From Phycisphaeraceae bacterium (lineage in GTDB: Bacteria; Planctomycetota; Phycisphaerae; Phycisphaerales; Phycisphaeraceae): 64,000 nt of DNA. Under the pieces are notes generated by a model. That model was not told the DNA's origin and ran no database searches. It saw only the letters and a program-made list of their open reading frames with translations. How positions within the stretch are numbered: position 1 is the stretch's first letter; each line of letters starts with the position of its first letter. Of the stretch, positions 1 through 9,487 are shown one piece after another. The stretch spans positions 2,304,001 to 2,368,000 of the forward strand of contig OY771506.1 of NCBI GenBank assembly GCA_963674705.1, given 5' to 3'. The position numbers and the translations under genes are program-made.

Positions 1-2
1 TG

Positions 3-2720
3 TCACTGGGCGCCACGTCGTTTGTCAGTTACTTGGCATGGCGAAACCAAGTCAAAGATCATCATCGTCAGGTCCAGGAACGTGTGACTCAACTCACGCT
101 TGAAGTCTCAGAACGCCTCAATGATTACGAGATCGCGTTGGAGATGGCGCGTGGTCTATTCATGGCAAGTGATGAAGTCACGGCGGAGGAGTGGCGAAAC
201 TTTTGCACCTCTGAACGGTTCTTCAAGAATATCCCGGGGACTTACGGGTTTGCATACGTGGACCGTGTCAAGGCACAAGAGCTTGATGGATACGTGCGGG
301 AAGTCCGTTCACGGTCTGATCCTGACTTCGACGTGTTTGACACGACGCTTTATGAACCCGTTCCGTACGATGATTACTGTGTGATCCGATACAACGAGCC
401 GATGTTTCGTAATGCCAATACGATCGGCTTGAATGTTGCGTCGATCCCCGCATCTCATGACACCATGAGACGCAGTGTTTTAGACGACCGTGTTGCGGTC
501 TCGCAAGGATTCAGTCTGCATCAGACGGGGGCGGCGAAAGTTGGGGTCGTTCTTTATCTGCCGCTTTTTGAGCATAATGCCGACACACGGACGGCTGAGT
601 CACGTTTGGAATCCGTTTCGGGGTGGGTCGCGATGTCGGTTGAGATGTCCGCCTTTATGGCCGGTATCTGGCCTGAAGACTGGGAGGGGGTCAGTAGCGC
701 CCTGGTTCAGCGGGCATCGGGCAGTGAAGATCGGTTGCTTTATCGGCATTCGATGCAAGACCAAGGCACCGACTGGATGAAGGATAAGCGGGGCGGGGGG
801 CTGTATCAGGCTTCCTTGCCCGTCAATGATTGGCAGTGGGTGCTTTACGTACATGAATCCAGCCCAAACGCACGAATCGCGTGGTCGCGTGTGTTTCTTG
901 TGGGCGGTGCCAGCAGCGTGATCAGCTTGTTGCTGGTGTTGCTGGTCTGGTCGCTGACCAGGACGCGTGATCGTGCCAAACAACTGGCGGATGCGTTGAC
1001 CCTATCACTGCGTGAATCTGAACAGCGGTATGCGCTGGCGGTGCACGGCTCGAACGACGGCTTGTGGGACTGGGACCTTGCTACGGGCAGGGTTTACTAC
1101 GCGCCGCGGTGGAAAGAACTTCTTGGTGTGCCGGATGATGAGGTTATTTACACACCTGAAGCGTGGTTCAGCCGAATCTCCTCGGGGTGTCTGGCACGTT
1201 TCCATGCCAAGCTGACCGACCATATCCAAGGCAAGTCCGAACGGTTTGATATCGAATTGGAAATGCATCACGCCGACGGCTCAACGCGTTGGATGCTGTG
1301 TCGGGCGGCCGCGGTCCGTGATGACGACGGTAAAGCGATGCGTATCTCCGGATCACTGGCGGATATTTCCGAACTCAAGCAGGCACAGGATGAACTGCGT
1401 GTCCTGGCGCATCACGACCAACTCACGGGGCTGGCAAACCGTTCGTTGTTCACCGATCGACTCAATCATGCGATTGCACGGGCCAAACGCAACAGCTCGT
1501 ACCGATACGCGGTGTTGTTCCTCGACTTCGACGGTTTCAAAATCATCAATGACAGCTTGGGGCACAGCCTGGGTGACAAATTGCTGTCCGAAATGGCGGA
1601 ACGCATACGTTCATGTGTTCGCGAGGTTGATACGGTTGCGCGGTTCGGAGGCGATGAGTTCGTGGTCCTCATGGATGGGATTCATTCTGCGGACGATGTT
1701 CAGGTTTTATCGCAGCGTCTGCTGGACCACCTGGCGGTGCCGTTCAAATTCGAGACATCCGAAGTCATTTCGACGGTGAGTATCGGGGTGGTGGTCGGTA
1801 CTGAGAACTATGAAGATGCCGACGAGGTGATCCGCGACGCGGATGCGGCGATGTACCAGGCGAAGGCCGGAGGACGTGCGCAATATTGTCTGTTTGACTT
1901 GCAGATGCACACGCAGGCGGTCAGGCGGATGCGTCTGGAACAGGACCTTCGTCAATGCAGTTTTGATGAGCAGTTCCAGGTGTATTACCAGCCGATTGTT
2001 GATCTGGAATCGGGAACGACCGTGGGGTTCGAGGCGCTATTGCGATGGGATCATCCCGAGCACGGGCGGATCGAGCCGGATGAGTTTATCGGGATTGCCG
2101 AGGAGTCGGGCCTGATTGTTTCGCTTGGTGAATGGGTTCTTCGGGAATCGTGCAAGCAGATGGCGGCCTGGCGAGCACGGTTTGATGATGTGTTAGAGAT
2201 GAGCATCAACGTCAATCTTTCCCGGCGACAGATGCTCAGCGCGGAGATATTTGACGTCATTGACCGGGTGCTGGTTGAGACCGGTTTGCCGGCACAGGCA
2301 TTGAAACTGGAGGTGACGGAGAGCGCGGTGATGGATAATCCGCAGGCCATCGTCAGCGTGATGCAGCGCATCCACAAGCTGGGTGTGCGGTTGGCGATGG
2401 ATGATTTTGGCACGGGGCATTCATCACTAAGTTGCTTACATCAGTTCCCCATCGATCAATTGAAGATCGACCGCAGCTTTATTGAGAACATGCAGGAGCA
2501 TCGTGAGTTTGCAGCGGTGATGGACGCGATCGTATCGCTTGCACACTTCCTGCGTTTAGAGGTCGTTGCGGAGGGGATCGAGAACGCCGAGCAATTGTCA
2601 CAGTTGCAGGCGATGGATTGCCAGTACGCACAAGGCTTCTTCTTCGCCAAGCCCATGGCCGCGTCTGTGGCGACAAATTACCTGGCAGGTTTCAGGGATG
2701 ACGCGATCGAGGCGGCCTGA
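3..2720 (+). CDS. CHASE-PAS-GGDEF-EAL diguanylate cyclase/phosphodiesterase (5' end probably outside the window)
   Basis: Frame is open from base 3 with a TM-like segment, followed by a CHASE-like periplasmic region, a second TM and a PAS domain (GSNDGLWDWD). RxxD I-site (REVD) lies 5 aa before an intact GGDEF; EAL and DDFGTGHSS motifs are present. Confidence 0.92.
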   Translation, partial: SLGATSFVSYLAWRNQVKDHHRQVQERVTQLTLEVSERLNDYEIALEMARGLFMASDEVTAEEWRNFCTSERFFKNIPGTYGFAYVDRVKAQELDGYVREVRSRSDPDFDVFDTTLYEPVPYDDYCVIRYNEPMFRNANTIGLNVASIPASHDTMRRSVLDDRVAVSQGFSLHQTGAAKVGVVLYLPLFEHNADTRTAESRLESVSGWVAMSVEMSAFMAGIWPEDWEGVSSALVQRASGSEDRLLYRHSMQDQGTDWMKDKRGGGLYQASLPVNDWQWVLYVHESSPNARIAWSRVFLVGGASSVISLLLVLLVWSLTRTRDRAKQLADALTLSLRESEQRYALAVHGSNDGLWDWDLATGRVYYAPRWKELLGVPDDEVIYTPEAWFSRISSGCLARFHAKLTDHIQGKSERFDIELEMHHADGSTRWMLCRAAAVRDDDGKAMRISGSLADISELKQAQDELRVLAHHDQLTGLANRSLFTDRLNHAIARAKRNSSYRYAVLFLDFDGFKIINDSLGHSLGDKLLSEMAERIRSCVREVDTVARFGGDEFVVLMDGIHSADDVQVLSQRLLDHLAVPFKFETSEVISTVSIGVVVGTENYEDADEVIRDADAAMYQAKAGGRAQYCLFDLQMHTQAVRRMRLEQDLRQCSFDEQFQVYYQPIVDLESGTTVGFEALLRWDHPEHGRIEPDEFIGIAEESGLIVSLGEWVLRESCKQMAAWRARFDDVLEMSINVNLSRRQMLSAEIFDVIDRVLVETGLPAQALKLEVTESAVMDNPQAIVSVMQRIHKLGVRLAMDDFGTGHSSLSCLHQFPIDQLKIDRSFIENMQEHREFAAVMDAIVSLAHFLRLEVVAEGIENAEQLSQLQAMDCQYAQGFFFAKPMAASVATNYLAGFRDDAIEAA

Positions 2721-2812
2721 TTCCAATCATACAAGCACGTCGGCAACAAAGCATGGCCGGGTCTTATGATCCGGGCTTGTTCCGCTGTTTGTTGTTGATT
2801 TCGATGTGCTGT

Positions 2813-2841
2813 CCGACATTATCGTCAAGTCTTTCTATAAT
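2813..2841 (+). promoter_or_regulatory. Putative sigma70 promoter of metY
   Basis: CCGACA-17 bp-TATAAT; AGGAG RBS at 2860-2864. Confidence 0.55.
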
Positions 2842-2871
2842 GCCGGGCTCAACATTCAGAGGAGCAACACT

Positions 2872-4188
2872 ATGGCAGAACAAGATTACAAACTTGCAAC
2901 CAAGGCTTTGCACGCAGGTCAGGAGCCCGATCCGGCGACCGGCTCACGAGCCGTGCCGATCCACGCGACCACCAGCTATGTTTTCCGGGATACCGACCAT
3001 GCAGCGGCGCTGTTCGGGCTGCAGGAGTTCGGCAATATCTACACCCGGCTGATGAACCCGACGACCGACGTGCTCGAAAAGCGTCTGGCAGCGATGGATG
3101 GCGGGGTGACCGGACTGTGCTTTGCCTCCGGGCAGGCAGCGATCACCGCGGCGATCCTGACTATCGCCCATGCCGGGCAGAACATCGTCTCCGCGACAAG
3201 CCTCTACGGCGGGACTTGGACGCTGTTTACCCAGACCTTTAAGAATCTCGGTATCGAGGTGCGCTTCTTCGACCCGAACGACCCATCCAAGATCAAGAAC
3301 CTGATCGATGACAACACACGTTGTGTGTACATGGAGTCGCTGGGCAATCCGAAACTCGATGTGCCGGACTTCAAGGGCATCTCCGATGCGGCGCACGCCT
3401 GTGGTGTTCCTGTTATCTGCGATAACACGGTGATGACGCCTTACCTGTTGAGGCCGATCGAGCACGGCATCGATATCGTTGTGTACTCGACAACCAAATT
3501 CATCGGCGGGCATGGCACGCACATCGGTGGGGCGATCGTCGACAGTGGTAACTTCAAGTGGGCGGACAACCCGAAGAAGTGGCCCGAGTTCTGTGGCCCA
3601 TCGCCTTCTTATCACGGTGCGGTCTTCGAAGAGCATCTGCGTCCAATGGGCAACATCGCTTACAACATCCATATCCGCACGCACTGGCTGCGTGATACCG
3701 GTGCTGCGATGAGCCCGTTCGCCGCGTTCCTGTTCCTGCAGGGTATCGAGACACTGCACCTGCGTATGCCCCGGCATTGTGAAAACGCGCTGGCGGTCGC
3801 CAAGCATCTGGAAGCGCACCCGAAGGTTGCTTGGGTGAACTATCCCGGCCTTGCTTCACATAAGGATAACGCTCGCGCTAAGCAGTATCTGATCAACGGC
3901 CAAGGAGCGATCCTCGGCTTCGGAATCAAGGCGGCAGACAACGACAAGGCCATGGCGGCCGGCAAGGCGTTCATCAACGCGACCAAGCTCTGCTCGCACC
4001 TGGCGAACATCGGCGACGCCAAGACCCTCGTCATTCACCCGGCTTCGACTACCCACCAACAATTGACCCCGCAGGAGCAGGCCTCGGCCGGTGTCACCCC
4101 GGACTATATCCGCGTGTCCGTCGGCATCGAGGACGTCGACGACATCATCGCCGACATCGACCAGGCACTGGCCGCTGCGGTGGGCTGA
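2872..4188 (+). CDS. metY: O-acetylhomoserine aminocarboxypropyltransferase (sulfhydrylase)
   Basis: [22 protein letters not shown] (PLP Lys) and [20 protein letters not shown] motifs; ATG after AGGAG; adjacent to metX. Confidence 0.93.
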   Translation: MAEQDYKLATKALHAGQEPDPATGSRAVPIHATTSYVFRDTDHAAALFGLQEFGNIYTRLMNPTTDVLEKRLAAMDGGVTGLCFASGQAAITAAILTIAHAGQNIVSATSLYGGTWTLFTQTFKNLGIEVRFFDPNDPSKIKNLIDDNTRCVYMESLGNPKLDVPDFKGISDAAHACGVPVICDNTVMTPYLLRPIEHGIDIVVYSTTKFIGGHGTHIGGAIVDSGNFKWADNPKKWPEFCGPSPSYHGAVFEEHLRPMGNIAYNIHIRTHWLRDTGAAMSPFAAFLFLQGIETLHLRMPRHCENALAVAKHLEAHPKVAWVNYPGLASHKDNARAKQYLINGQGAILGFGIKAADNDKAMAAGKAFINATKLCSHLANIGDAKTLVIHPASTTHQQLTPQEQASAGVTPDYIRVSVGIEDVDDIIADIDQALAAAVG

Positions 4189-4220
4189 TCCGCACGACTG
4201 GTTACATATTGACATGATTG

Positions 4221-4252
4221 AGCCCCACCCGGGGAGGGTGGGGTTTCTTTTT
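4221..4252 (+). terminator. Intrinsic terminator after metY
   Basis: AGCCCCACCC-GGGGA-GGGTGGGGTT stem followed by TCTTTTT. Confidence 0.75.
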
Positions 4253-4270
4253 GGTTAAGATATAGCTCTG

Positions 4271-6034
4271 ATGACAGACGCCTTCGAAAGTACTGACGAT
4301 ATCCGTTCCGGCTCACCGCTGAAGCATCTTCAGTCGGTGACGTTTGATTCGCTGTTTAAGATGAGGCTGGGTGGGCAGTTGCCGAGGGTGGTCTGTGCCT
4401 ATGAGACGTATGGCAAGCTGAATGCTGAGAAGTCCAACGCGGTGCTGGTTTGCCACGCGATCTCGGGGGATTCGCATGTTGCCCGGCATGATCCCGAGGA
4501 TGATCCGGGCTGGTGGGATACGATGGTCGGGCCCGGTATGTCGGTGGATACGGACAAGTTCTTTGTGATCTGCCCGAACATACTGGGCGGCTGCCGGGGT
4601 ACGACAGGCCCCGGTTCGATCGATCCGAAGACGGGCAAGCCTTACGGCCCGACGTTTCCGGATGTCACGGTCGAGGACATGGTAGATCTTCAGGCGATGC
4701 TGCTGGATCATCTGGGGATTGAGAAACTCGCGGCAGTGTTGGGTGGCTCCTTGGGCGGACACCAGGCGATGAGCTGGGCGATCCGATACCCCGATCGCGT
4801 CGCGGCTTGTTGTGCGATCGCTACCAGCGCGAGGCTTTCCAGCCAGGCGCTTGCGTTTGATGTGGTTGCACGCAACGCGATCCAGACCGATCCCGACTTC
4901 CACAAGGGGCTCTACTACGACCAGCCGACGCATCCGGATACCGGCCTGGCGATCGCGCGGATGCTCGGGCATATCACGTATCTTTCCAGTAAGGGTATGT
5001 CGGATAAGTTCGACATCGACCGCCATAAACCTCGGCAACTGGACACCGAGTTTGAGAGTAAGTTCAGCGTCGGTTCGTACCTGGCGCACCAGGGTCAGCG
5101 TTTCGTTGAACGGTTTGATGCCAATAGCTACGTGACATTATCGATGGCGATCGATCTTTTCGATCTGGGTCAGACGCATGAGATGCGGGTCGAGTCTCTG
5201 AGGCCTGCGACGTGTCGGTGGCTGGTTGTTGGTTTTTCCAGTGACTGGTTATTTCCGCCAAGGCAGTCGCGTGAGATCGTGGCCGCGCTAACTGCGCGTG
5301 ACCAGCCGGTGACTTATTGCGAGGTGACGACCGAAGCGGGGCACGATGCGTTTCTGGTCGCCAAGGATATTGAGAAGTATGGGCCGCTGGTTGAAGCGGC
5401 GATCGATCCACCGGCGCCTTGTTCACAGCCGCAGCAGCTTGGTCTGATAGATGAACGGATTGTGGATTTTGTAACCTCTGGCGAGTCGGTGCTCGACCTC
5501 GGTTGCGGTGACGGCCACCTTTTGGATGCACTGCGCAAACGTGGAGCGGGGCGGTTGTGTGGCGTGGAAGTAAAACAAGATGCGATCCTCGCTACCGCGA
5601 AGCGAGGCCTTCCCGTGCTGGATTACGACCTGAACAAAGGTCTGCCCGAGTTCAGTGATCACAGTTTTGATGTTGTGGTGCTGTCTGCCACGCTGCAGGC
5701 TATCGAAAATATCGCTGAATTGTTCGACGAGATGCTACGCGTCGGCAAACGCTGCATCATCAGCTTCGCCAACTTCGCGTACCGCGACCTTCGTTATATG
5801 TATGCCGAGCTTGGTCGCAGCCCCAAGGCCAAGGGTGAATATAGCTACGAATGGTACGACACCCCCAACCGCCGTTTCTGTTCCATCGCAGATGTGCAGG
5901 ACCTGCTGGCAAGCAAAGGGGCGATGATCCACACGGGCATCTACCTGAACACGCATGAAGGTGTGTGTATTTCAGAAGACAACGATCCAAACCTTAATGC
6001 GGATACAGCGATATTGGTGGTGAGTAAGCGTTAG
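4271..6034 (+). CDS. metX: Homoserine O-acetyltransferase fused to a C-terminal MetW-like SAM-dependent methyltransferase
   Basis: CHAISGD, GGSLGG nucleophile, RFDANSY, DWLFPP and GHDAFL motifs; C-terminal VLDLGCGDG and YEWYDTPN typical of MetW. Confidence 0.9.
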   Translation: MTDAFESTDDIRSGSPLKHLQSVTFDSLFKMRLGGQLPRVVCAYETYGKLNAEKSNAVLVCHAISGDSHVARHDPEDDPGWWDTMVGPGMSVDTDKFFVICPNILGGCRGTTGPGSIDPKTGKPYGPTFPDVTVEDMVDLQAMLLDHLGIEKLAAVLGGSLGGHQAMSWAIRYPDRVAACCAIATSARLSSQALAFDVVARNAIQTDPDFHKGLYYDQPTHPDTGLAIARMLGHITYLSSKGMSDKFDIDRHKPRQLDTEFESKFSVGSYLAHQGQRFVERFDANSYVTLSMAIDLFDLGQTHEMRVESLRPATCRWLVVGFSSDWLFPPRQSREIVAALTARDQPVTYCEVTTEAGHDAFLVAKDIEKYGPLVEAAIDPPAPCSQPQQLGLIDERIVDFVTSGESVLDLGCGDGHLLDALRKRGAGRLCGVEVKQDAILATAKRGLPVLDYDLNKGLPEFSDHSFDVVVLSATLQAIENIAELFDEMLRVGKRCIISFANFAYRDLRYMYAELGRSPKAKGEYSYEWYDTPNRRFCSIADVQDLLASKGAMIHTGIYLNTHEGVCISEDNDPNLNADTAILVVSKR

Positions 6035-6340
6035 CTACAAAAAGCAACTGAATAATTCGAGGATAACTCTCAAGATACTCAATACCGCATCCGTAACCGC
6101 CCAAATCAACTCTAAAGCGACTTCAGCCAAGCCTGTGTATATCGAGCATAGTACGGCACAAATGAAGCATGTCGCGGCAACTGCGGCATAAGATGGCCAC
6201 CATGTCGCGCCGCAGGCTACACAGATTAATGAGATTATCAAGCCCAAGAACAAACCCGCGATCGCACCAACTATGGCGCTTGTGATTCGACCGAGGGCTT
6301 TGAAGAATCCGCGCCATCGTTGTTTTGGCTGATTATCCAT
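6035..6340 (-). CDS. Small hypothetical membrane protein
   Basis: About 101 aa with 2-3 hydrophobic segments; start uncertain (the ORF extends to 6472). Confidence 0.45.
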   Translation of the reverse strand: MDNQPKQRWRGFFKALGRITSAIVGAIAGLFLGLIISLICVACGATWWPSYAAVAATCFICAVLCSIYTGLAEVALELIWAVTDAVLSILRVILELFSCFL

Positions 6341-6777
6341 AAAGGCCGGCATCCCAAGGTGTTTTGCGATAGCAATCATACACCGACGGCAGCGTTTACT
6401 GGTCCGTTTCATCGCGTCCCATGCGAATAACACATGTCGTACGTGCGCGATGATGAGAGTGAAGTGAGGCACTCACAACGTTCGGATCGAGACCGCTTTT
6501 CTCGTGGGGTGGCCATGTCCGCCCCCTCCCTCCGTTTTGGGGCCGAATCTTCGCTATCCACTTGTCAAAGAACAAATTGCGCGATGTCCGCCAATCGGGG
6601 GCAGGACGTCCGCCCCTGCTTTAATGTCCGTTAAGGCCTAAAGCGGACATGGGGCGGACACCGGTCGGACACGGGTGCGTTCACACGTGACGCGATCAAA
6701 AAAAGCATCCTCCCTTATAGGAGGCAACGACGGATTGGTGGGCGCAAAGGGGACGACAGTGAATTGCAACCCCTTAC

Positions 6778-6854
6778 TGTCATCTCCGCGCAGGAAGGTA
6801 TCTACGTCATTGGATTCATTGAGCGCGTGGATTTCCGCGTGCGCGGGAATGACG
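6778..6854. repeat. Degenerate palindromic element of the GTCATTCCCGCG...GCGGGAATGAC type (RPE/dRS3-like)
   Basis: TGTCATCTCCGCGCAGGAAGGTATCTA ... TGGATTTCCGCGTGCGCGGGAATGAC; the minus strand reads VIPAHAEIH. Confidence 0.6.
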
Positions 6855-6962
6855 AGGTTTGTTACTTCGCGTTGAGACGTGATGAAACTGACCATCAATC
6901 GCTACGCTTGGATTGAGATCGCTCTAATGATTGTTGGTCAAATAACGGTGGATCGCCCCAAT

Positions 6963-6996
6963 AAAGAAAAAGCCCACGTTCGATGAACGTGGGCTT
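6963..6996 (-). terminator. Intrinsic terminator of acs
   Basis: AAGCCCACGTTC-GAT-GAACGTGGGCTT perfect stem with an A-tract on the left (U-tract on the minus strand). Confidence 0.85.
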
Positions 6997-7032
6997 CGGG
7001 GGGGTTGGTTGAGTTGTCGAAGCGATTGGATT

Positions 7033-9024
7033 TTAACCCTGTTGCAGTTTCTCGACGATGCTCTTGTCTTCGAGGGTGGTGATGTCGCCCTTGATTTCGT
7101 TGCCTGCGGCGATGTCGCGGAGCAGGCGACGCATGATCTTGCCGGAGCGGGTCTTGGGCAGGGCGTCGGTCAGCTTGATCACATCGGGCTTGGTGAACGG
7201 ACCCAGTTCCTTGGCGACGTGAGCGGCGAGTTCCTTCTTGAGTTTCTCGGCGGCTTCACCGTGCGGGATCGGGATACGCAGGATGACGAACGCTGCGATG
7301 GCGTTGCCCTTGAGCTCGTGCGGGAAACCGACGACAGCGGCTTCCGCGACGGCCGGGTGGCTGACCAGGCCCGACTCGACTTCCATCGTGCCGATATTGT
7401 GGCCGGCCACGACGATGACGTCGTCGATACGGCCCATGATCCAGAAGTTGCCATCCTCATCCTTACGCGCGCCGTCGCCGGCGGTGTACATGCCCGGGAC
7501 CTTTGACCAGTAGGTATCGATGAACCGGTTACGGTCGCCGTAGACGCCGCGGAGCATGGCGGGCCAGGGCTTACGGATGACGAGGATACCGCCGGTGTTG
7601 GTCGGAACCTCTTCACCTTCGGAGTTAACCACTGCCGCATCGATCCCGAAGAACGGGGTGGTGCAGGAGCCGGGGGTGGTGGTGGTGGCGCCGGGCTTGG
7701 GCACGATCATGTGTCCGCCGGTCTCGGTCTGCCACCAGGAGTCGATGATCGGGCACTTGCCAGCACCGATCTTCTCGTGATACCACATCCATGCCTCGGG
7801 GTTGATCGGCTCGCCGACCGTGCCGAGGATTTTGAGGCTGGAGATGTCATGCTTGTCGACATGCTCGTCGCCCCACTTCATGAAGGAGCGGATGGCGGTC
7901 GGAGCGGTGTAGAACTTCGTGACCTTGTGCCGTTCGATGATGTCCCAGAAGCGGTCTTCGGCCGGGTAGTTCGGGCCGCCTTCGTACAGGATCGAGGGCA
8001 CGCGGTTGGGCAACATGCCGTAGACGATGTAGGAGTGGCCGGTGATCCAGCCGATGTCGGCGGTGCACCAGAACACGTCATTTTCATCCGGCTTCAGGTC
8101 GAAGCTGATCTTCGAGGTCAGGTAGGTGTAGACGCTGTAGCCACCGGTGGTGTGCATGATGCCCTTGGGCTTGCCGGTGGAGCCTGAGGTGTAGAGGATG
8201 AACGCGAGGTCTTCGGAGTCCATCGGTTCGGCGGGGCAATCCTCGGAGACGTCGGCGAGCACGTCGTCCATCCAGACGTCGCGACCTTCCTGCATATTGA
8301 CATCGATGCCGGCGTGCTTGACGACGATGCATGTCTCGATGCGGTCGGTCAGCTTCATGCCGTCGTCTGCGTTACCCTTGAGCGGGACGGGCTTGCCACG
8401 GCGCCAGCCGGCGTCTGCGGTGACGAGGAACTTGCTTTCGCAGTTGTCGACGCGGTCGCTGATGGCCTGGGCACTGAAACCGCCGAAGATGATCGAGTGC
8501 GGTGCGCCGATACGCGTGCAGGCGAGCATGGTGATCGCCAGTTCGGGGATCATGGGCATGTAGATGGTGACGACGTCGCCCTTCTTGACGCCGATCTTCT
8601 TCAGGCCGTTGGCGACCTTGCAGACCTCTTTCTTGAGGTCGTTGTAGGTGAGTTTGATGACGGTGGGCTTGCCGTTGTCGTCGACACCCTCCGATTCCCA
8701 GATGATGGCGACATTGTCGCCGTAGCCGGCCTCGATCTGGCGATCGATGCAGTTGTAGCTGATGTTGGTCTTACCACCGACGAACCACTTCGCGTCGGGG
8801 CAGTTCCATTCCAGGACCTTGTCCCACTTCTTGAACCAGTGCAGGTCTTCTGCGACTTCGGCCCAGAAGCCTTCGGGATCCTCGATGGACCGCTTGTACA
8901 ACTGCTCGTACTGTTCGGGACTTCCGATGTGCGCCTTGGCGGCTAATTCGGCCGGCGGCGGAAACTTACGGGTTTCCTGCAGAACCGAATGCATCTGATC
9001 GGAGTTACTGTTGGTAGTCGACAT
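7033..9024 (-). CDS. acs: Acetyl-CoA synthetase (AMP-forming)
   Basis: YTSGSTGKPKG, WWQTETGG and LPKTRSGKIMRR motifs; GGAG 8 nt before the ATG. Confidence 0.96.
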   Translation of the reverse strand: MSTTNSNSDQMHSVLQETRKFPPPAELAAKAHIGSPEQYEQLYKRSIEDPEGFWAEVAEDLHWFKKWDKVLEWNCPDAKWFVGGKTNISYNCIDRQIEAGYGDNVAIIWESEGVDDNGKPTVIKLTYNDLKKEVCKVANGLKKIGVKKGDVVTIYMPMIPELAITMLACTRIGAPHSIIFGGFSAQAISDRVDNCESKFLVTADAGWRRGKPVPLKGNADDGMKLTDRIETCIVVKHAGIDVNMQEGRDVWMDDVLADVSEDCPAEPMDSEDLAFILYTSGSTGKPKGIMHTTGGYSVYTYLTSKISFDLKPDENDVFWCTADIGWITGHSYIVYGMLPNRVPSILYEGGPNYPAEDRFWDIIERHKVTKFYTAPTAIRSFMKWGDEHVDKHDISSLKILGTVGEPINPEAWMWYHEKIGAGKCPIIDSWWQTETGGHMIVPKPGATTTTPGSCTTPFFGIDAAVVNSEGEEVPTNTGGILVIRKPWPAMLRGVYGDRNRFIDTYWSKVPGMYTAGDGARKDEDGNFWIMGRIDDVIVVAGHNIGTMEVESGLVSHPAVAEAAVVGFPHELKGNAIAAFVILRIPIPHGEAAEKLKKELAAHVAKELGPFTKPDVIKLTDALPKTRSGKIMRRLLRDIAAGNEIKGDITTLEDKSIVEKLQQG

Positions 9025-9487
9025 GCTCAATACTCCAAGCGTTAAAATGTTGACGGGGTACGTGATACGCCAATAAAAACGGGCGTCCGGTCAGACGGGA
9101 GTCCGGGACCGGAACGTCCGAATATATCACAGCTTAATATCATCTCAGAGATAGTACAAGGCACCGCCAAGCCCCCGATTTGCAGCCCTGTTGGGTAAGG
9201 CATTGTTTTGCTAAGAGTTTACGTGATACCAACACCTATCTTGGTCATTACTTATGTATTTTATTAGGGACCTTATCCGTGCGATACCTTCTGCCGATAT
9301 CAAAATGGGTTAATCGCCTGGCGCGTGATCTGATCGATTCAAGGCAGCAAGTGTCCCGTTTTCTTTGGGTTCCATACCGTCTTGAAGCGCTACACGGGTC
9401 ATGAATGTGTTGGATTGTGAATATCTGTCGGCAACCCAGTCCGGGAGATGTAAAGATGAATTGGGCTGGGGGTGGAGGCCAAACAAC

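Noticed and set aside
2721..2871. SAM riboswitch upstream of metY
   Set aside because: No SAM-I or SAM-II consensus is recognisable, and the predicted promoter leaves only a ~25-nt leader.
6722..6778. c-di-GMP-I riboswitch-like GGCAA...GGGCGCAAAG
   Set aside because: It lacks the GNRA-capped P2 stem, and no gene lies downstream on that strand.
9195..9223. Xer/dif-like site GTAAGGCATT-N8-AAGAGTTTAC
   Set aside because: The arm symmetry is weak and no recombinase is nearby.
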